Of a stretch of DNA of 43,406 nt, positions 36,861 through 43,406 are shown one piece after another. Within the stretch, counting starts at the first letter, position 1; every line of letters begins with the position of its first letter. The DNA is from Macrostomum lignano (Eukaryota): NCBI GenBank assembly GCA_002269645.1, contig NIVC01003889.1:1-43406 (forward strand), read 5' to 3'. Below the pieces are notes generated by a model. It had not been told where the DNA came from. It made no database searches and saw only the letters and a list, made by a program, of their open reading frames with translations. A program made the position numbers and the translations under genes.

Positions 36861-37305
36861 TGTTGTGCAATCGTGCCCTTTCTCGCCTTCCTGCCCCGCC
36901 CCAACCCTCCAGTCTGCCCCACCCCTCCAATCAATAATCAATGCGTACGCCGATCACGCCACCTCGCACCACCCCCCTACCGTACCGTACATTTGTTCTA
37001 AAAGTATTCATGTACTCGTAGGTCAGATAATAAATATAATGAATTTGCTGTCTAGTGGGCAGCCGCCCCCTTGCGTTCTCTTGGTCCTATCGTTGGCTAC
37101 TTCAAAACAAGCTTACTTGTCCAGCAAAGCACATAGCAAGTGCGAACTGCATCGGCTTTTGCGCGGAAGCTCGTGAGTTCTGCTCTGTCGTTTTCCTGCT
37201 TCTCCCTGGGACACGGGACGGGAGCTCTGACTGGGGACCTGGGGGTCGCAGCTTCCCAATAGGGTTCAGCTGTAGGCGTCGCTCTGGAGGACGGGGCTCA
37301 CAACA
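36861..37305 (+). repeat. 5' LTR, 445 bp
   Basis: TGTTGTG...CACAACA 7-bp terminal inverted repeat; sequence repeated from 43138. Confidence 0.95.
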
Positions 37306-37307
37306 AC

Positions 37308-37325
37308 TGGTGCCGTGACCAGGAT
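37308..37325 (+). promoter_or_regulatory. Primer binding site, tRNA-His type
   Basis: TGGTGCCGTGACCAGGAT 2 nt after the LTR; complementary to a tRNA-His(GUG)-type 3' end (...TCACGGCACCA). Confidence 0.85.
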
Positions 37326-37432
37326 TCCAGTTAGGGTTTCCGTTAGATTTCTGTCTGTTGTCTGGGTTAGTGCATTATTTAGTTTTGCGTTAGAATTAGT
37401 TTTGCGTTAGAATAAGTTTTGTGCAAGCGATC

Positions 37433-38380
37433 ATGGCCAATTTAGACGATCTTATCGGTGCTTTGACAGCGAGAATCCAGGAGCAGTTAAATGTGGGTCA
37501 GCGCGTTCCACGTCCTAATAAGTATGTGCCGACTCAAGATTTTGCTTTGTGGTTGCAACAGTTTACCACGTACTGCGAGGCTGCTCAAATTCCCGAGGAT
37601 CAGCGGAAGCAGAATTTGCTGAGTCTGTTGGACTTTGGCACGGCTTTTAAAGCAGTGGCCAATCTCGAGCTGGATGATGACTTGGACTACGCAGAGTTTG
37701 TGGAGCAGCTGGAGGCTCGCTTCAGCCAGAATCGCACACCCCAGGACTACAAGACAGAATTTCAAAACAGGAGTCAGAGAGAGGGGGAAGCACTAGAGGA
37801 TTACGCTGACGCTCTCAGGGAGCTCATGCGTAAGGCATATCCGGCTCTGCCAGTGGAGCAAAGGGATGAGCTAGCAAAAGACCGATTCTTGAAGGGGATC
37901 CGAGTGCCGGACAGGGTGCTTGAGAATGTCTTGCTGCAAGACCCTGACACGCTGCAGGCCGCGATCCAGCGAGTGCGCCAGACTCTCGCATCGATGAAGC
38001 TGCTGGAGGGAAAGCGATCAGTCCACGTGGTGAACAGTCAGGCGGCAGCTGCTGCAGCGGACAGTCAGACAGCTCGCATGGCTGCAGAGATCGCCAGCTT
38101 GAAGGCAGAGCTCGCTCAGCTGAAGCAAGGAGGGGCGTCGGCCTCGGCGGTGCAGCCGAATCCGCAGCAGCCGGCAGCCGCGCCTCAGGCGGGCAGAACC
38201 TGTGGGAGGTGTCTTCAGATGGGGCACTCGACGGCGGACTGTAGGAATCGAGTAGTTTGCCTTGTTTGCGGCCAGCAGGGCCACACTCGTGCCAGGTGCC
38301 AGAGTCAGCAGGCTGCTCAGAGTCAGGGAAACGGGATGGGGGCCCGGCCAGGCCAGCGTCCCGGGCCCCGTCTGCAGTGA
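37433..38380 (+). CDS. gag: Retrotransposon Gag with two CCHC zinc knuckles
   Basis: ATG at 37433; capsid-like F.NRSQREGEALEDYADAL; CGRCLQMGHSTADC and CLVCGQQGHTRARC. Confidence 0.95.
   Translation: MANLDDLIGALTARIQEQLNVGQRVPRPNKYVPTQDFALWLQQFTTYCEAAQIPEDQRKQNLLSLLDFGTAFKAVANLELDDDLDYAEFVEQLEARFSQNRTPQDYKTEFQNRSQREGEALEDYADALRELMRKAYPALPVEQRDELAKDRFLKGIRVPDRVLENVLLQDPDTLQAAIQRVRQTLASMKLLEGKRSVHVVNSQAAAAAADSQTARMAAEIASLKAELAQLKQGGASASAVQPNPQQPAAAPQAGRTCGRCLQMGHSTADCRNRVVCLVCGQQGHTRARCQSQQAAQSQGNGMGARPGQRPGPRLQ
38326..38369 (+). promoter_or_regulatory. -1 programmed ribosomal frameshift signal (G GGA AAC + GC stem-loop)
   Basis: The slippery heptamer 38326-38332 is in the gag frame; 6-nt spacer; perfect 9-bp stem GGGGCCCGG (38339-47)/CCGGGCCCC (38361-69). 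pol is in the -1 frame. Confidence 0.85.
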
Positions 38381-41300
38381 TTGAAGAAGCGCCAGGGCCC
38401 ACAACCCAGATCCAGAGTGTGCTGGGTGGAACTGGACTGGGTTATATTGACGCAAAGTTTGAATCTGGGCCCTTGGTTGCTTGTTTGCTGGACAGCGGGT
38501 CCACAGTGTCATTACTTAGTAGTCGTTTCTTAGAATCCGCCAAAATTAAGAACCAAATTCAGCATTGTAGTACTGGTTTTTCAATTTACACAGCGAGTGG
38601 TGAGCCAATTCAAATTTTAGGCCGAATTAATCCGAATTTTTCGATTGGTGAGACAAAATTTGAGCACGAATTTTTAGTTGTCGATGAAATTTCACAGCCA
38701 TGCATTTTGGGAACCGATTTTTTCATTATACATTGCATGATAATTGATTTCGCTAGACACTGCCTGCAGACAGAATCGTGTGTCTTTCTTTTCCGTTTGT
38801 GTGCTGACAGACCTCTTGTGTGCCGCATCGTGCTGCGCCAGGCTGTCCGGATGGATGCCGGTGAGGAGAAGCTGGTCCCAGTCCGCCTTCAGAGACGCGG
38901 GGTGAGGGGATTTCAGTTTCCTGGAATGGTGGAGTCCGAGCGTCGGGCAGCAGGTGATCATTTGCTGGCCAGATCGGTGCAGTTGCCTGATCAAGAGGGT
39001 CAGTTGTCTGTCAGGATGCTGAACACGTCGGAGTGCAGTTTGTCGATGAGGCGGGGCACTCGAGTCGGCTGTTTTTCGCCGGTCTCTGCGCAGCAGCCAG
39101 CAGAGCTGCAGCTGAATGCCGTTCAGTCAGAAGGAGAGCTGTGGAATCCCCTCAGCGAAGTCAAAGAGTGGGGTGCATGTGGCCTATCAGACGCAGAGGC
39201 AAGAGAGTTTGTTTCCCTGGTTGCCAAAAATCGTGACGTCTTTGCCAAAGACAGCTCTGAACTCGGGCTCACGAATCTGATGGCACACGAAATCGACACA
39301 GGTAACGCAAAACCTGTGACTGAACCCTTGCGCAGAATCCCGCCGCACTGGAGAAATGAGGTTGACAAACAGGTTGATCAACTGCTGGCTGAAGGCCGCA
39401 TCTATCCCTGTCAGTCACCCTGGTCGAGCCCAGTGGTTCCGGTTAGAAAGTCGGATGGCAGTCTCAGAATGTGTCTGGATTACAGGCGTCTGAATAGCGT
39501 GACCGTGCCTGATCCTCTGCCTCCGCCCAGAATGGATGAGACTCTTAATGCGCTCGGGGGAAACTGCATCTTTTCCACGATGGACCTGGCATCCGGGTAC
39601 CATCAGTGCCCACTGGAGTCGAAAGACCAGTTAAAGACCGCTTTCGTGGTGCCGAATCGGGGACAGTTTGCGTGGAAGTGCATGAGTTTCGGGCTCAAAA
39701 ACGCCCCGTCAACTTTTACGAGACTCATGTCTATGGCACTGTCAGAAGTCAACTGGAAGGAATGCCTCGTCTACTTCGACGACATAGTTGTCTTCTCCAC
39801 GACTGTGCAGCAGCACTTCGAGCGCCTTGAGCATGTGTTTCAATGTCTCAGAAGAGCTAACATCAAGCTGAAGCCAGCAAAATGTGTCTTTCTGGCCGAA
39901 AAGATTAGCTTCTTAGGTCACGTGATCTCCAAGGATGGAATAGCGACGAACCCAGAAAAGTGTGCTGAAATCCAAGACTGGCCCAGGCCTTGCAGTGTGG
40001 CCAAAGTCCAATCGTTTCTCGGACTGTGCGTCTACTACAAAGCTTTCATTCCAAATTTTACCGAGATTGCCGCTCCGCTCTACAGACTTGTAGCGAACGA
40101 TGCCGAGTTCAAATGGGGCCCAGCCCAAGAGCAATCGTTCAACAGTCTGAAAGCGGCTCTGTGTTCGCCAAGCGTTATGGCTTTTCCAGACTTCTCGCCA
40201 AACGCTGGTGAGTTCATTCTTGACACGGATGCCAGCTCTCGAATCGGACTTGGTGCGGTGCTGTCACAGCGCCAGTCGGACGGTTCTGAGAAGGTGATAG
40301 CCTATGGATCTCGAATGATCCAGGCAAGCGAGAAAAACTACTGCACCACCCGTCTCGAGCTGTTGGCAATTGTGCACTTTATCAAAAAGTACCGGTACTA
40401 TCTACTCGGGAAAAAATTCACTGTGAGATCTGATCACAAAGCCCTGCAGTGGCTCGCCAGCATCCGCGATGTTGAGGGTCAATGTGCTCGATGGCTGGAG
40501 ACACTGCAGAACTATGACTTTGTTATAGAACACCGGGCCGGGAAAAATCACGGCAACGCAGACTCTTTGTCTCGGAAATACCGAAGGCACACAGGGCATG
40601 AGACTTGTCCTAGTTGCGCACCGGCTCAGCGCAGCAATGGTGTCAATGCAATATTTCGGAGTGTGCTACAGAAGGAAGATATACAGTCAGCTCAAGAAGC
40701 AGAGTCAAAGCTGAAGATCATCAATAATTTCTTGACAGATCATGTCGACGCGTCAACTCCACCGCAGGTGATGTGCTGGGAGGAGAGGTGTCTGTGGTCT
40801 CAGCGTCAGCTGATCAGGCTTGATGCGCAGGTTCTGGTTTTTCAAGGTCCTGGGTCTGAGGTTCCGAAAATTATCTTGCCGCCGAGCTTGTTTCAGAAGA
40901 TCTTCAGTGAGCTGCATGACGGAGTCACAGGTGGTCACCTAGGGATCAAAAAGACCCAGGAGAAGGTGAAGGCTAGATTTTGGTGGCCTGGAATTTCAAG
41001 AAAGATCGAGGAGTACTGCAGGAGCTGTGTGCATTGTGCCCGGTCAAAACCAGGCCAGGTAAATCGAGCTCCGCTGCACCCGATTGTGTCAGAAGCTCCG
41101 TTTCAGCGAATAATGTGCGACATCGTCGGACCATTGCCGCGATCTAGGAATGGGTCCAGATTCATTCTGACCATTCAGGACTCGTTCGCTGATCGCTCCA
41201 TCACTTCTCGCCTACCGCAGTAGTGTCCATCGTGGCACTGGGTACACCCCGTACTACATGTTGTACGCAAAAGAAATGCGCCTTCCAGTCGATATCGGGA

Positions 41301-41926
41301 ACCTGCCGGAAGCCGTACCGGCTGATGCACCGGAGTACCTGTTGTCTCTGGGGCACAGGCTCGCGGAGGCACATTCACATGTAAGGCAGAATCTGCAATA
41401 TTACCAGCGAAAACAGAAAATCATATACGACTCAAGAGTTAGAGGTCCGACAATAGAAGTAGGAGATTCGGTACTCGAATATTCGCCGGCCCTGCAGCCG
41501 AACGAAGCGGCAAAATTTCACAATTATTGGAAGGGCCCAGCCGAGGTGGTAGAAAAGCTGTCAGACGTTAACTTCAGAATTCTCCATCAGAACAGTAGGA
41601 AAAGCAGGGTGGTGCACTATAACAACCTTCGCAAAGTGCCTCAACGTCCCGTTGAGCTGCAGGCTCCAAGACTGCCGGAGCAAAGGCGCAGAAAACGGAA
41701 GGGGCAACGTGCTGTTGTTGTTGTGAGCGAAGAGCCGCAAGAGTCGGAGCCCGACTCGGATGGAGATGACTCACAGTTTGTCTATGTGCCAGCGGCGGTG
41801 CATCAAGACATCCAAGCACCGCAGGACCAACCGGTTCACGCTGCAGCACCTCTGGCTTCGCCACGCGGGCTTCGGCCTAGGAGAAACAATCCGCCTGCTC
41901 GCTACGGCGACCCAGTACTGTACTAG
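38329..41926 (+). pseudogene. pol: Pol polyprotein (protease, RT, RNase H, integrase) with a frameshifting deletion in the integrase core at about 41187/41188
   Basis: LLDSGS protease, YFDD RT, DTDAS RNase H, H-H-C-C integrase zinc domain, CDIVGPLP. The frame then jumps to LIAPSLLAYRSSVHRGTGYTPYYMLY and the GPY/F-type C-terminus (YWKGPAEV), with stop at 41926. Confidence 0.92.
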
Positions 41927-43124
41927 TTCCATGCATTCAAACTATCAATAAAAATGTGAAAATCCAAAAAAATTACAAAAAAGCACAAAGACAACAAAAA
42001 AAAACATTTGCTCATAAAGTAAATGCTTACAGTAAACAAACAGTTCAATTACCGTACGCTTTTATAGTTAGTATTAGTTAAGTTTAGAAGTAGTCGGGCT
42101 TGATCGGTTTGCCTTTGCTGGAGAGCTTAGCAGTGGGGGCACCTGCTCGGGAAGCTGCACTCCCTGTTCCCATGTTGGGGTTTCTCGGCTCGTTCTCGGG
42201 AGTTGTGGGGAAGGCCAGGCTCAAAGGACACCCAGGGCAAGGAGTCGAGCATCAAGTACCGGCAGGAGGCGGCACTGCGCAGCTGACTGCATCCACGGAT
42301 CCGTCCAGCGTGAGAACAGTGAACCGGCGCGGGAGATGCGGATGCGGCGTCAGCAAGTCGGCCGGAGGCTGGATGGCACAAGTCGACGTCAGGCAAGCTC
42401 CAGGAGGCATCAGCGGCGCCGGTGACAACGCTCAGGACATCTCCAGTACGACCGAGAGTCGCGGTACAAGGACTTCTGCTGGCGAGGCTTGTGCAGCCGG
42501 ACGAAGGAGGTTCAGCAGCAACAGTGGCAGACAGCGATGACCAGGGCCTAGCGACATCACCGGTTTTCGGCGTCAGTAAGCGACTTCGGGTGCCAGAGTG
42601 CCAATCGTCGAGTCGGCTCGCGAATCGTCGGGTGTCCGTCGTGTTGGAGTCGAGCAGGAGTCCGGCACAGCCCATTCGGCCTGATTTACTTCAGTTTAGC
42701 GTAGTTTTCATCATGCCTTTTGTTTCAAGTTTTTTTTTAATTGACAATTTGACATTATTAAACTGTTGTTTCACGATTACGTCGCAAGAAAGTTTTCAAC
42801 GTTAAAGTAACATCGGTAGACAGTGGTGCAATTTTTTCGTTTTGTTGCGGTTGTCACCTGAAGTTCTTGCTTTTTTATTTTTCGCGTTTATTTCTCTAAC
42901 ATTTATCGTCCAAAATGCGTTTCCTCAACACTCGTACATTTTTCATATGCGTCAAACTCGTGTTTTCATTATTCGAATGTTGCTAACGCTAAGACTTTCG
43001 TCATAAATCTCGTTGTCGCGCTATAAATTATTCGCGTTCATCCATTGCGCCGTCGTATCTGTCCAATTCATCGAATCCTGTCTTTGTCTCCATTCAGTCT
43101 TTGTTCTTGTGACTCGCCTTTTTT

Positions 43125-43137
43125 AAGGAGGGGAGGA
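43125..43137 (+). promoter_or_regulatory. Polypurine tract
   Basis: AAGGAGGGGAGGA directly before the 3' LTR TG. Confidence 0.92.
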
Positions 43138-43406
43138 TGTTGTGCAATCGTGCCCTTTCTCGCCTTCCTGCCGCCCCAACCCTCCAGTCTGCCGCCCACC
43201 CCCTCAATCAATAATCAATGCGTACGCCGATCACGCCACCTCGCACCACCCCCTACCGTACCGTACATTTGTTCTAAAAGTATTCATGTACTCGTAGGTC
43301 AGATAATAAATATAATGAATTTGCTGTCTAGTGGGCAGCCGCCCCCTTGCGTTCTCTTGGTCCTATCGTTGGCTACTTCAAAACAACTTACTTGTCCAGC
43401 AAAGCA
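43138..43406 (+). repeat. 3' LTR (partial)
   Basis: Matches the 5' LTR except for a few small indel-type differences. Confidence 0.97.

Larger units (their letters stand above)
36861..43406 (+). mobile_element. Ty3/gypsy LTR retrotransposon (3' LTR truncated by the window edge), integrase-defective
   Basis: Paired LTRs, PBS, gag, PR-RT-RNaseH-IN domain order and PPT. Confidence 0.98.

Overview
Repeat-dense animal genomic DNA: GC-rich spliceosomal exons separated by introns and intergenic tracts filled with micro- and minisatellites. This style suggests a flatworm such as Macrostomum (inference only). Supported genes: (1) a terminal exon at 827-1268 (+); (2) a spliced secreted/single-pass CUB-like + C-type lectin receptor starting at 19100 (+); (3) intronless TEX261/SVP26 at 23948-24589 (-); (4) the last nine exons of an ELKS/ERC/CAST/Bruchpilot-family coiled-coil gene at 28425-35900 (-), with all splice phases consistent. 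Mobile DNA: a young Ty3/gypsy LTR retrotransposon (36861 to window end) with a tRNA-His PBS, a -1 gag-pol frameshift signal, a deleted integrase core and an antisense ORF in its 3' region; and a tRNA-derived SINE family (one full copy with TSD, one deleted copy, two fragments). Most long ORFs in the supplied track are tandem-repeat artefacts. Unexplained structure includes a 186-bp near-perfect nested palindrome, a GGTCATA core shared by otherwise unrelated minisatellites, and both retroelements inserted at the edge of one (TAAC)n tract. Several single-base frameshifts in homopolymers look like long-read assembly errors. No databases were searched; all homology calls are from motif recognition.
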